Shown piece after piece: positions 19,941 through 28,782 of a DNA stretch of 64,000 nt; the stretch's first letter is position 1; each line of letters starts with the position of its first letter. The position numbers were made by a program, and so were the translations under genes. The notes under the pieces were generated by a model. The model searched no databases. It was not told the DNA's origin and saw nothing but the letters and a program-made list of their open reading frames with translations. Origin of the DNA: Sulfurospirillaceae bacterium (GTDB taxonomy: Bacteria; Campylobacterota; Campylobacteria; Campylobacterales; Sulfurospirillaceae); assembly GCA_033723415.1 (NCBI GenBank), contig JAWVXD010000002.1:192001-256000 (forward strand). The letters run 5' to 3'.

Positions 19941-20651
19941 TCATTCCTTGCATATAAATGTATAATCAGCAATATAGCTTATCTCGGCATCTTCTTTTGT
20001 AGGTTCACTTGAGTGTATTAAATTTGTTGAAGTTCCCTTAGAAAGAATCATTTCCTGTCTTGAAAGAGGAATCGCCGAATTTGTATTTGGAGAAAGGTCT
20101 ATACTTTTCGTGGTACATCTTCTCTCTAGAAGCTTGGATATTCTCTTTGCATACTTTGCGCTATATAAAAGAGCTCTTCTCTCCAGATTTTCTTTCTTCT
20201 TCGCTATAGCATGTTTGGAAACAATCCATTGTGTTCCAAAATTTGTAACACTTACCTTTTTGTTGTTCTCTATAAGTTTTTTGAGTATCGGCTCATTGTA
20301 AAATTTCTCTAGTTGACTTGGTTTATCATACTGACATTTGAAATTTAGTGTACCTTTGTAACCTATAAATACACTTTTTCCTTTAGATTTATCCCATTCC
20401 AATGCTTTATTGATAGCATACCCGCTGTTTTTACAGATCTTTTCATATTTTTTTAAAACAGTTGAGAGTGAAGAGAGTGTATTTGATGCTTGTGTATAAT
20501 CTTTTTCTGTAACATTTAGAGCGATTCTTGTGGAAAGTCTATCAGGCGTTATTGAATCAACAAATTTTTTAGTTTTATGAATCGTCATACTCCCGCTATC
20601 TTGAGCAAAAAGAGATGCTGCTATCACTAAACCCGCAAGCAATACTTTCAT
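19941..20651 (-). CDS. Exported protein, SIMPL (DUF541)-like
   Basis: Signal peptide, ITPD..start of the SIMPL fold, QWIVS..ERRAL..A...S..L...C....IDL pattern. Confidence 0.55.
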   Translation of the reverse strand: MKVLLAGLVIAASLFAQDSGSMTIHKTKKFVDSITPDRLSTRIALNVTEKDYTQASNTLSSLSTVLKKYEKICKNSGYAINKALEWDKSKGKSVFIGYKGTLNFKCQYDKPSQLEKFYNEPILKKLIENNKKVSVTNFGTQWIVSKHAIAKKKENLERRALLYSAKYAKRISKLLERRCTTKSIDLSPNTNSAIPLSRQEMILSKGTSTNLIHSSEPTKEDAEISYIADYTFICKE

Positions 20652-20769
20652 GTAAGCCCTCCTAGATTGTATCTTTTGATCACCTTAAGAGTTTACAACA
20701 GCCCTTATAAAAATCTGCTTATTATACTTCATAAAATCTTCCAAAATTTTCTTATGATTAAGACATACT

Positions 20770-22149
20770 TTACTCTTTAATACACTTGAACCATACATTT
20801 GCAAATGCTTTAACAGCTGGTAGTATCTCATCTTCCATAAATCCGCCAAAACCCATACGTATAGCTTCAAAATCACCTCCTGAGCGCTCTTTGGCGCAAT
20901 ACATCTTTAACCTTGCTTCTTCTGCTTGTTTCATAAGCTCGCCTAAATCCATCTTGACTGTTGGATAGATCAAGATTGCCAATCCTCCGCCTTCTCCAAT
21001 AATCTTTATAGTGTCACCCAGTGCAATTTTTAGACTCTCTTTCATGAGATCATGCTTTCTGTGATTGAGATTTCTTATCTTTCGTAGATGTCTATCCCAG
21101 TGCCCTTCTTTCATAAAAAGCTCCAATGTCTTTTGCAAGCTCAACGATACACGTGCATGATGATGATCAAAAAGTTTTTTGTATTGTACTAAGAACCTTA
21201 AAGGCAAGACCATATAGCTAACACGAAGAGCTGGAGAAAGAGATTTTGAAAAAGTTCCGACATAGATGACTCTCTCATCATTATCCAAACCTTGCAAAGA
21301 AGGAATCGGTCTATTCTTATAACTCATCTCGCTGTCATAATCGTCTTCTATGATAAAAGCATCATTTTTATTTGCCCACTGAAGTAATCGCAAACGATTG
21401 GCAATAGGCATAGAAACTCCTGTGGGATATTGGTGAGAAGGTGTTATATAGACAAGTTTTGATCGAGTTTTTTCTAGATCATGTAGTATGAGACCATTAC
21501 CATCTACTCCAATATTCTCTATCTTATATTCATAATCTTCAAAAGCTCTTCGTGCCACATCATATCCAGGATGCTCCATAGCAAAGATCTTTTCTTTATT
21601 CTTAAAAAGTCGTGCCAAAAAACCCATAGAATCTGCAGAACCACCAAAAATTATAACTTGTTTAGAAGAGCATTTTACTCCTCGTGATCGTACAAGATAC
21701 TTTGCTATCTCTTCTCTCAGTCCAAGTTCGCCCTGTCCATCCTGATATGCTCCAAAATCTAGTGATTCATTTATAGCTTTATTAAAAAGACGTTTCCAAA
21801 GCTTTAGGGGAAAAGAATTTTGACACAAACGTGCAGGAAAAAAATCATATAAATATTCATCTTTTGTTATCTTTGTTGTTTCTAAAATAATATTATTTGT
21901 ACTTAGCTGCTCAGCATTAAAATCACTCACAAAATAACCACTTTTACTTTTACTTTCGATATAACCCTCCGCATAAAGTTGATTAAAAGCTGACATTACG
22001 GTATTTTTGCTGAGTCCATACTCTTGTGCGATCTTTCTAATCGAAGAGATTTTATCCCCGACATGCAACTCGTTAACAATTTGATTTTTGATCTCACTGT
22101 AAAGCTGCAAATATAAAGGTATGTTTGATTTAGAGTCCAATATATACAA
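20770..22149 (-). CDS. MocR/GabR-family regulator (GntR HTH + PLP aminotransferase domain)
   Basis: PLYLQLY..I, SIRKIA, YITPSHQYPTG, IIEDDYDSE, GTFSKSLSPALR. Confidence 0.94.
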   Translation of the reverse strand: MYILDSKSNIPLYLQLYSEIKNQIVNELHVGDKISSIRKIAQEYGLSKNTVMSAFNQLYAEGYIESKSKSGYFVSDFNAEQLSTNNIILETTKITKDEYLYDFFPARLCQNSFPLKLWKRLFNKAINESLDFGAYQDGQGELGLREEIAKYLVRSRGVKCSSKQVIIFGGSADSMGFLARLFKNKEKIFAMEHPGYDVARRAFEDYEYKIENIGVDGNGLILHDLEKTRSKLVYITPSHQYPTGVSMPIANRLRLLQWANKNDAFIIEDDYDSEMSYKNRPIPSLQGLDNDERVIYVGTFSKSLSPALRVSYMVLPLRFLVQYKKLFDHHHARVSLSLQKTLELFMKEGHWDRHLRKIRNLNHRKHDLMKESLKIALGDTIKIIGEGGGLAILIYPTVKMDLGELMKQAEEARLKMYCAKERSGGDFEAIRMGFGGFMEDEILPAVKAFANVWFKCIKE

Positions 22150-22243
22150 TCTGTATCCTAAAATTTTATATAATTTGTCACTTGTTAAAAGTACAGTATG
22201 AAAAGTATAATAACATAAAATTTTTAAAAGAGAAGAGAAAATA

Positions 22244-23110
22244 GTGCATTATGAGAAAAAAAGTGTTGCTTTAGGGATGCTTGGTATTTTAGCTTTTAGC
22301 TTAACATTGCCCATGACCCATATAGCATTGTATGAGCTAAGCCCTGTATTTATAAGCTTTGGTAGAGCAATCATAGCTGCTATTTTAGCATCATTCGCCT
22401 TGCTTGTTACAAAAGCTAAGATTCCGACTATCAATCAATTTAAAATGCTTGCAACAGCAGCTTTAGGCGTTGTTGTCGGGTTTCCTTTTTTTAGTGCAGT
22501 TGCTCTAATGAGTGTTCCAGTAAGCCATGGAGGAGTTGTTGCAGGGATATTACCTCTGTGTACAGCATTTTTCGGTGTCATTCTGGCACATGAAAAGCTA
22601 AAAATGCGATTTTGGATATCTTCTCTGGTAGGCAGTGCTGCTATCCTCTGGTTAACGATGAGCGACAAATCACTTGTATTGGGAGATACCTTTCTTTTAG
22701 CTGCTGTTATCTCAGCAGGATATGGATATGCGCAAGGTGCTATAGTTTCAAAAGAGTTAGGCTCTTGGCAGTCAATAAGCTGGATGCTGGTCATCTCTGC
22801 GCCTGTGTTGATATTCCCCACGATATATACGATGCCAAGCGATATATCTGAGTTACATTTTGCTACAATTGGAAGCTTTTTGTATCTTGGTTCGATCAGT
22901 ATGTATCTAGGGTTTTTCTTTTGGTACAAAGCTTTGTCAATAGGAGGTATAGCAAGGATTGGACAATTTCAACTCCTTCAGCCTTTCATGACACTCTTTT
23001 TTGCTTGGATATTGCTAAAAGAGAGTGTACAAGTAAATGAAATTTTTACGGCAATCGTTGTAGTTATATCAGTATTTTTCGGTAGAAAAAATAAAAAGGA
23101 AATATTATGA
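22244..23110 (+). CDS. DMT/EamA-family transporter
   Basis: About 10 TMs; FSLTLP.T, GVVVGFP, GGIARIGQFQLLQPF. Confidence 0.9.
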   Translation: MHYEKKSVALGMLGILAFSLTLPMTHIALYELSPVFISFGRAIIAAILASFALLVTKAKIPTINQFKMLATAALGVVVGFPFFSAVALMSVPVSHGGVVAGILPLCTAFFGVILAHEKLKMRFWISSLVGSAAILWLTMSDKSLVLGDTFLLAAVISAGYGYAQGAIVSKELGSWQSISWMLVISAPVLIFPTIYTMPSDISELHFATIGSFLYLGSISMYLGFFFWYKALSIGGIARIGQFQLLQPFMTLFFAWILLKESVQVNEIFTAIVVVISVFFGRKNKKEIL

Positions 23111-23709
23111 GAAGAGATGAATTTCAAATAACCAATGAAGATGATATAAAATCCGTTTTGAACGAATGTGAGTATGGGACACTTTCTCTAATAGCAGGTA
23201 GTGAGCCTTATGGAGTTGCTGTTAATTTTGTTTTTTTTGAAGGAAATATATACTTTCACGGAGCCAAAGAAGGTCGTAAAGTAGATGCTATCAAAACAAA
23301 TCCAAAAGCGTCGTTTTTAGCAGTAAGACCTTACTCAAAGATTCCATCTTATTTTAGTAATACACGCGCAGCCTGTCCTGCTACACAGTTTTTCGCTTCT
23401 GTTCATATTTACGGAAATCTTATAATCATAGAAAATGCTCATGACAAAGCAAAAATACTAGAAGAGATGATGAAAAAACTACAAAGAGAGGGCGGTTACG
23501 ATAAGATAGAGGCAGATAACCCGATGTATACCAAGATGCTTGAGCAAACCGGCGTTTATGCACTCTTACCTGAAACTATAAGCATGAAACTAAAAGCAGG
23601 ACAAAATCTGACCAATGAAAAAAAGAGCTCTCTAGTCCTACAACTGCGCGAGCGTGGTGAGGACATAGATAAAAAAAGTGCTTCGGTGATAGAGAACTAT
23701 ATCATGTAA
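23107..23709 (+). CDS. Pyridoxamine 5'-phosphate oxidase-like flavin-binding protein (NimA-like)
   Basis: MRRDEF, YGTLSL, PYGVAVNF, IYFHGAKEGRK. Confidence 0.85.
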   Translation: MRRDEFQITNEDDIKSVLNECEYGTLSLIAGSEPYGVAVNFVFFEGNIYFHGAKEGRKVDAIKTNPKASFLAVRPYSKIPSYFSNTRAACPATQFFASVHIYGNLIIIENAHDKAKILEEMMKKLQREGGYDKIEADNPMYTKMLEQTGVYALLPETISMKLKAGQNLTNEKKSSLVLQLRERGEDIDKKSASVIENYIM

Positions 23710-23716
23710 ATCTTTA

Positions 23717-24163
23717 TCATTTTTGATCCTGGTTCCGATAGTCTTGAGATAGTCTTTTCAAAGCTTCCAGATCATTACCTGTGATGATATCTCCTTTATT
23801 TTCGGATTCTCTAAACATTGCAATGATATCCTCTCTTGTCGTTTGTGAACTCATCATAAAATTTTTAAAAGGATAGGTTGAAAATCCACTTGTTTTATGA
23901 TTGGCTGAGCTTGTGATAAATCGCACACCATGAGCGATCTGCACAAATTTACCTATAATAAGTCGATCCAGGCTTAATTCAAATAGATAAGAAGCCAAAA
24001 TACCGGCATAATCTTCTACTTCTTCAAAATTATGGTAATATGAAAACTCACCGACACTGATACGCTGATGACTAAGAACTTCTTTGAGATGTACCGTCTG
24101 TTCAATAACAGTTCCATCAGGCATAATCATCGGATATTTTTTTTTGCTGTTCAACAGTGCCAT
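23717..24163 (-). pseudogene. CatB/Vat-related O-acetyltransferase with internal deletion
   Basis: VGEFSYY, DRLIIGKFVQIAHGVRF, ANH...GFSTYPF, KGDI; the VWIG hexapeptide turns and WW.W segment are missing; 148 aa. Confidence 0.7.
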
Positions 24164-24175
24164 AGAAGTGCCCTT

Positions 24176-24589
24176 TTAGTTGATCTTTTTAAAAACATTA
24201 AAACAAGTCTTTAGATCATCTATATTTAAATCTTCCAATAATGCATCGACCGTTTGACTTAACGTATTCATCGAATCTTGAAACAAATTAAAGCCTACAT
24301 CCGATAACTTCACAAAGCTGACTCGTGCATCACGTGGGTTTTGCTCTTTTTCTACTATCTTTAACTTTTCCATAGGATTTAGTAACCTTGTAACTCCTGA
24401 AGCGCTCATATTAACACCTTCGGCTAGATCAATGCGTCTCATTGTCATGTTTGTTGCCAATGAAAGTCGATACATCACCAAAAATTCAGAGAAAGTAATA
24501 CCGTGAAGACTCAATTGTCTATCGACATATTTCATGATCTTATTGTGCAAATCAGCTAAACTTAAAACAAATTCCAAATTTTTATTCAT
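24176..24589 (-). CDS. MarR-family regulator
   Basis: MRRIDLAE.V.MSASGVTRLLNPMEK, RDARVS.V.L. Confidence 0.9.
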   Translation of the reverse strand: MNKNLEFVLSLADLHNKIMKYVDRQLSLHGITFSEFLVMYRLSLATNMTMRRIDLAEGVNMSASGVTRLLNPMEKLKIVEKEQNPRDARVSFVKLSDVGFNLFQDSMNTLSQTVDALLEDLNIDDLKTCFNVFKKIN

Positions 24590-24598
24590 TCTTTTTCC

Positions 24599-24632
24599 TT
24601 GCGATATATTTGATTGCGCAAGTATATCGCAA
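24599..24632. promoter_or_regulatory. Palindromic operator over the marR promoter
   Basis: TTGCGATATATTTG-N6-CAAGTATATCGCAA (13 of 14 bp), covering a minus-strand TATACT -10; back-to-back TTGACA hexamers at 24645-24650 (-) and 24656-24661 (+). Confidence 0.65.
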
Positions 24633-24703
24633 ACAATTTATTTTTGTCAAGAGATTTGACATAAAAATGTTAAAATATACATTTTATAAAGAAGGTGCTC
24701 ATA

Positions 24704-25330
24704 ATGAATATAGAAAAACTCAAAAATGCGCAAGCTTACTTTTTTGCACTCTATCCTAAAGGTTTTAAAGACGAAGCGCTTCAACCAATAGTAAAACGCC
24801 ATAATACGGCAAAGATCGGTGAGAAAGTAAAAGAAATGTTTGCACAGGATAATTTTGCTCAACCGGAGCTAATTTGTGAAAACTTTACAAAGATCGTCTC
24901 TAGGTCATCACTAATTTCCGTATTCGAGAAACCAAAAGTAAGAGATATGATAAAAGGAATGGGGCATGAGCAAAAAGATATGCTCTCCATCGGTCTGTAT
25001 GAGTTGATATACGGCAATAAAAAAGCCGGTTTTGAAAGCCTCGTCGATGTCCTCTTGATGCACGGGCTTGCCAAGTGGTCTATCATCACGCTGATCCCCT
25101 ACTATTACGCCAGAGAGAAGAATTTTTTTATAAAACCGACCACGACCAAAAACGTCATCAAATTTTTTGAACTCAAGGGTTTGGTCTATAAACCAAGACC
25201 GACTTATGAGTTTTATGTCGCATATACAAAAGCCTTGAAGAAGATGAAATCCCAACTCAAAAGCTCGATCAGCAACGATAATGCAGGATTTACGGGATTT
25301 TTGATGATGGCGATGCAAGAGCAGTCCTAA
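24704..25330 (+). CDS. Conserved hypothetical protein
   Basis: Long ORF, ATG at 24704 after GAAGG; no family recognised. Confidence 0.75.
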   Translation: MNIEKLKNAQAYFFALYPKGFKDEALQPIVKRHNTAKIGEKVKEMFAQDNFAQPELICENFTKIVSRSSLISVFEKPKVRDMIKGMGHEQKDMLSIGLYELIYGNKKAGFESLVDVLLMHGLAKWSIITLIPYYYAREKNFFIKPTTTKNVIKFFELKGLVYKPRPTYEFYVAYTKALKKMKSQLKSSISNDNAGFTGFLMMAMQEQS

Positions 25331-25366
25331 AAGTGAAATTTACCTCTTTTTTTGTATAATTGCCGC

Positions 25367-25933
25367 ATGAATAAAGAAATCAATTATCTAATAGAATTTT
25401 TAGCAAAATCAAACATCCCCGACATCTCGGATTCGTATGTATTGACATTGAACTTTTTTGACAAGCACTCGATTTATATACCTTCAAAGTACGACACTAA
25501 AGCTTTGAGATTGCTGGCACAAAAGAGCGATATTGTGCTCAGTGATGATGCTCTCGCACTTTTGAAAAGACTAGATTTGCTACTTAATGCAAATATCCCA
25601 GAAGAGATAAAAAGCTCAAAAAAACAACTCTTTGAAACGCTCGTCAAATCTAACTTCAAACAAAAAAAAGGACGGCTTGATAAGGTCGAAACCGCTATCT
25701 ATAAGACGCTTAGTGCTTATATATTCGGACTGACCAGAGCGCTTGATCTGTTTTTTATTTACACCAAACAAAATATGCAAGAGCCTGAAGTTTTTATAGA
25801 CTTTGCCCAGATGATACATACCAATCTTTTTGAAACTATCTTTAACGAAGAAGAAAAAGCGCTTTTAAGAGAAAAGCTCAAAGAGATCATGAGCGTTTAT
25901 CTCTCTTTATATGCCAGATATCTTTATATCTAA
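25367..25933 (+). CDS. Hypothetical protein (helical), probably leaderless
   Basis: ATG at 25367 lies 7 nt after TATAAT (25355-25360); followed by a terminator hairpin. Confidence 0.7.
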   Translation: MNKEINYLIEFLAKSNIPDISDSYVLTLNFFDKHSIYIPSKYDTKALRLLAQKSDIVLSDDALALLKRLDLLLNANIPEEIKSSKKQLFETLVKSNFKQKKGRLDKVETAIYKTLSAYIFGLTRALDLFFIYTKQNMQEPEVFIDFAQMIHTNLFETIFNEEEKALLREKLKEIMSVYLSLYARYLYI

Positions 25934-25967
25934 ATAGCAAACATACTTACTAAGTATGTTTGCTATT
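25933..25967. terminator. Hairpin between convergent genes, probable bidirectional terminator
   Basis: Perfect 17-bp inverted repeat AATAGCAAACATACTTA-C-TAAGTATGTTTGCTATT. Confidence 0.7.
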
Positions 25968-25990
25968 GTCTCAAATTGAAACAGTGAACT

Positions 25991-27400
25991 TTATTTTTTT
26001 GGCTTAAACTTTTTTGGACGGATCATATTTTCCGGTTTGATTATCTCATCTAATTCATCTTTAGATAAAAATCCTTTTTCTAACACAATATCATAAACCG
26101 ATCCGCCTGTTTTTAGTGCTTCTTGTGCTACAATAGTAGAATTTTCATATCCTAAATAAGGATTGAGTGCCGTTACCAAGCCAATACTATTTAGAACTAG
26201 ATCAAGGCAGTGCTGTTTATTTGCAGTGATTCCATCAACACATTTATACGCCAATGTTTCAAAGGCATTTTTCATCATGTTAATAGAGTTGCTTAAGTTA
26301 TAGATGATAAGAGGTTCAAAAACATTTAGCTGTAGTTGTCCGGCTTCTGCTGCCATCGTAACTGATACATCCGTACCTATGACTTGAAAGCAGACTTGAT
26401 TTACTACTTCAGGAATAACAGGATTTACTTTACCTGGCATGATGGAACTTCCAGGCTGCATAGCAGGTAGATTGATCTCTCCAAATCCAGTTCTAGGACC
26501 TGAGCTTAAAAGTCTAAGATCATTGCAGATCTTTGACATCTTTGTTGCAACTCTTTTTAAGACACCTGATATCTGTATATATGCTCCAGTGCCTTGTGTT
26601 GCTTCGACTAGATCTTCGGCTGTCGTAAAGGGACGATTTGTGACTTCCTGAAGTTTAGCTTCAACTGTCTTGGCATAGTCTGGATGTGTATTTATACCTG
26701 TACCGATAGCTGTTGCTCCCATATTGATCTCTTTGACCAGACGCAATGTTTCAGTTACTCTGTAAATATCTTCGTTGATCATGACACCATATGCACGAAA
26801 CTCTTGCTCTAACGTCATAGGAACAGCATCTTGAAGCTGAGTCCTTCCCATCTTTATAACATCTTTGAACTCCAACGCCTTATTGAAAAAGGAATCTCTA
26901 ACGATCGCTAAAGACTCTGTAAACTCTATAAGTTTTTCATATAAATTGATATTAATAGCTGTAGGATAAACGTCATTGGTAGATTGTGAAAGATTGACAT
27001 CGTTATTTGGGTGGAGAAATTTGTACTCTCCTTTTTTGTGTCCCATAAATTCTAGACCGATATTGGCTATAACTTCGTTAGCATTCATGTTAGTTGATGT
27101 TCCGGCACCTCCTTGTATCATATCAACGACAAACTGGTCATGATATTTACCTGCGATGATCTCATCACATGCCCTACAAATCGCATCAGTTTTCTCTTCA
27201 CTTAAAAGATCCAATTCAAAATTTGCAAGCGCAACGGCTTTTTTTACTTTTGCTAACGACGTTATAAAAGTAGGAAAACCAGATAGAGTAACTCCTGTTA
27301 TATGAAAATTCTCAACAGCTCTTGCTGTCTGAACTCCATAATAAAACTCATCTGATATCTCTTTTTCACCTATCAAATCATGTTCTATTCTTGATGTCAC
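25991..27400 (-). CDS. aspA: Aspartate ammonia-lyase
   Basis: QGGAGTSTNMNANEVIAN, KMGRTQLQDAVP, GSSIMPGKVNPVIPE, GQLQLNVFEP. Confidence 0.95.
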   Translation of the reverse strand: MTSRIEHDLIGEKEISDEFYYGVQTARAVENFHITGVTLSGFPTFITSLAKVKKAVALANFELDLLSEEKTDAICRACDEIIAGKYHDQFVVDMIQGGAGTSTNMNANEVIANIGLEFMGHKKGEYKFLHPNNDVNLSQSTNDVYPTAININLYEKLIEFTESLAIVRDSFFNKALEFKDVIKMGRTQLQDAVPMTLEQEFRAYGVMINEDIYRVTETLRLVKEINMGATAIGTGINTHPDYAKTVEAKLQEVTNRPFTTAEDLVEATQGTGAYIQISGVLKRVATKMSKICNDLRLLSSGPRTGFGEINLPAMQPGSSIMPGKVNPVIPEVVNQVCFQVIGTDVSVTMAAEAGQLQLNVFEPLIIYNLSNSINMMKNAFETLAYKCVDGITANKQHCLDLVLNSIGLVTALNPYLGYENSTIVAQEALKTGGSVYDIVLEKGFLSKDELDEIIKPENMIRPKKFKPKK

Positions 27401-27667
27401 ATTGTCTCCTAAATATTTTGTACCTGAAATTATAAAGTTTTTAATTGGTCATTTAACTATTTTTTTGTATATAATAGTATCATTTTATAACTATTTAAAC
27501 TATTTCATTTATGTCACTCTCAAATCCTTTTATTTTGCTATAAAATAACACAAATGTATCACTATCGTTAATCACACTATCTCTTTATTTTATTTTTAAC
27601 CAATATTACATTAATTTATATTATAATGAATATGTGAGCAGAATTTACCGTAAAAAAAGGATGTTTC

Positions 27668-28102
27668 ATGGCACATTTATTTCCATTGGTATTTATCGGT
27701 GTAGTAGTTAGTTTGATTGTTTTTCTATACTTTGAAAAAAGAGCCATAGAAGCTAAAAGAAGACATGAAAAAAATGGTTTCAAAGCAAGTGAAATGACCA
27801 TAAATGAAAACTTTGAAAGATACGATACTCAAAGTAATGTAACATTTTATTTTTCTACGATGTTCGTATTTACTATTTTTATGAGTTACTTTGGCTTCTT
27901 TAAAGAAAGCCTGAGTCTAGTAGATGTTTTTTTATACATTTTCTTAACTACTTTTATAGGATCTCTCATAATATTTTTACTAAAAATTAAAAAAAGTATA
28001 TTGATCAAGGTCTTTGCTGCATTCTTATACGGTGCACCTCTTATCGCCTCCTCTGCATTTGGTTTTATTATAACTTACATCATTTATATTAAATTAATGT
28101 AA
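27668..28102 (+). CDS. Hypothetical membrane protein (about 4 TM)
   Basis: 144-aa hydrophobic ORF with AAGGA SD and downstream hairpin. Confidence 0.7.
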   Translation: MAHLFPLVFIGVVVSLIVFLYFEKRAIEAKRRHEKNGFKASEMTINENFERYDTQSNVTFYFSTMFVFTIFMSYFGFFKESLSLVDVFLYIFLTTFIGSLIIFLLKIKKSILIKVFAAFLYGAPLIASSAFGFIITYIIYIKLM

Positions 28103-28111
28103 ATATGTTTT

Positions 28112-28144
28112 TATGAGGGCAATTATATAAATATTGCTCTCATA
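28112..28144 (+). terminator. Probable intrinsic terminator
   Basis: TATGAGGGCAAT / ATTGCTCTCATA 12-bp stem (one G-U) 10 nt after the stop. Confidence 0.55.
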
Positions 28145-28260
28145 CTACTTGATTAGCTACCTGTTTTTGTTTAAAAAATGATATTTTTTATTTACTAAAT
28201 CTTTAAAAAACGGTAATAAAATTGAAAGTGAAAATATTAAAAAACAAATAGGAGTAAACT

Positions 28261-28743
28261 ATGAAAACTGTAAATACAGCATTGGTTATAGGCCTTCTAA
28301 GCGGATTTTTAATATCTGCCAACGCACAAACAAATCAATCTATGAATGATTCGTTTTACAATGATTTTGTCAACATGCAAAAGAATATGGAAAAGATGTT
28401 TCAAGATTTTCACCAAAAATATTTTAAAGATGACAAATTTTTTAACAATTCTTCGATCTTGCCAAAAAGCAACTTTAAGGATGCAGGTTCTACATATGTT
28501 CTCAAGATGAAACTGCCTGGATTTGACAAAAGTAACATTCATATAAAAACAAAAGACAACATGCTCTATGTGGATGCAAAGACTTATAATAAAAATGAAA
28601 AAAAGAGTAATAATACATATCAAAGTTCAGTGTATGCGGACTCTTTTTATAGAAGTTTTTTACTGCCGAACAATGCAAAAACACAAGACATGAAAACAGA
28701 TTATAAAAACGGTGTACTTACTATAAAAATACCAAAATCATAG
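28261..28743 (+). CDS. Hsp20/alpha-crystallin protein with N-terminal signal peptide
   Basis: LPGFDKSNIHI, FYRSFLLP, YKNGVLTIKIPK; N-terminus MKTVNTALVIGLLSGFLISANA-Q. Confidence 0.88.
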   Translation: MKTVNTALVIGLLSGFLISANAQTNQSMNDSFYNDFVNMQKNMEKMFQDFHQKYFKDDKFFNNSSILPKSNFKDAGSTYVLKMKLPGFDKSNIHIKTKDNMLYVDAKTYNKNEKKSNNTYQSSVYADSFYRSFLLPNNAKTQDMKTDYKNGVLTIKIPKS

Positions 28744-28782
28744 TATAAAATTTTTCATGGCCATAAGTCTATTTGTAGTTGC

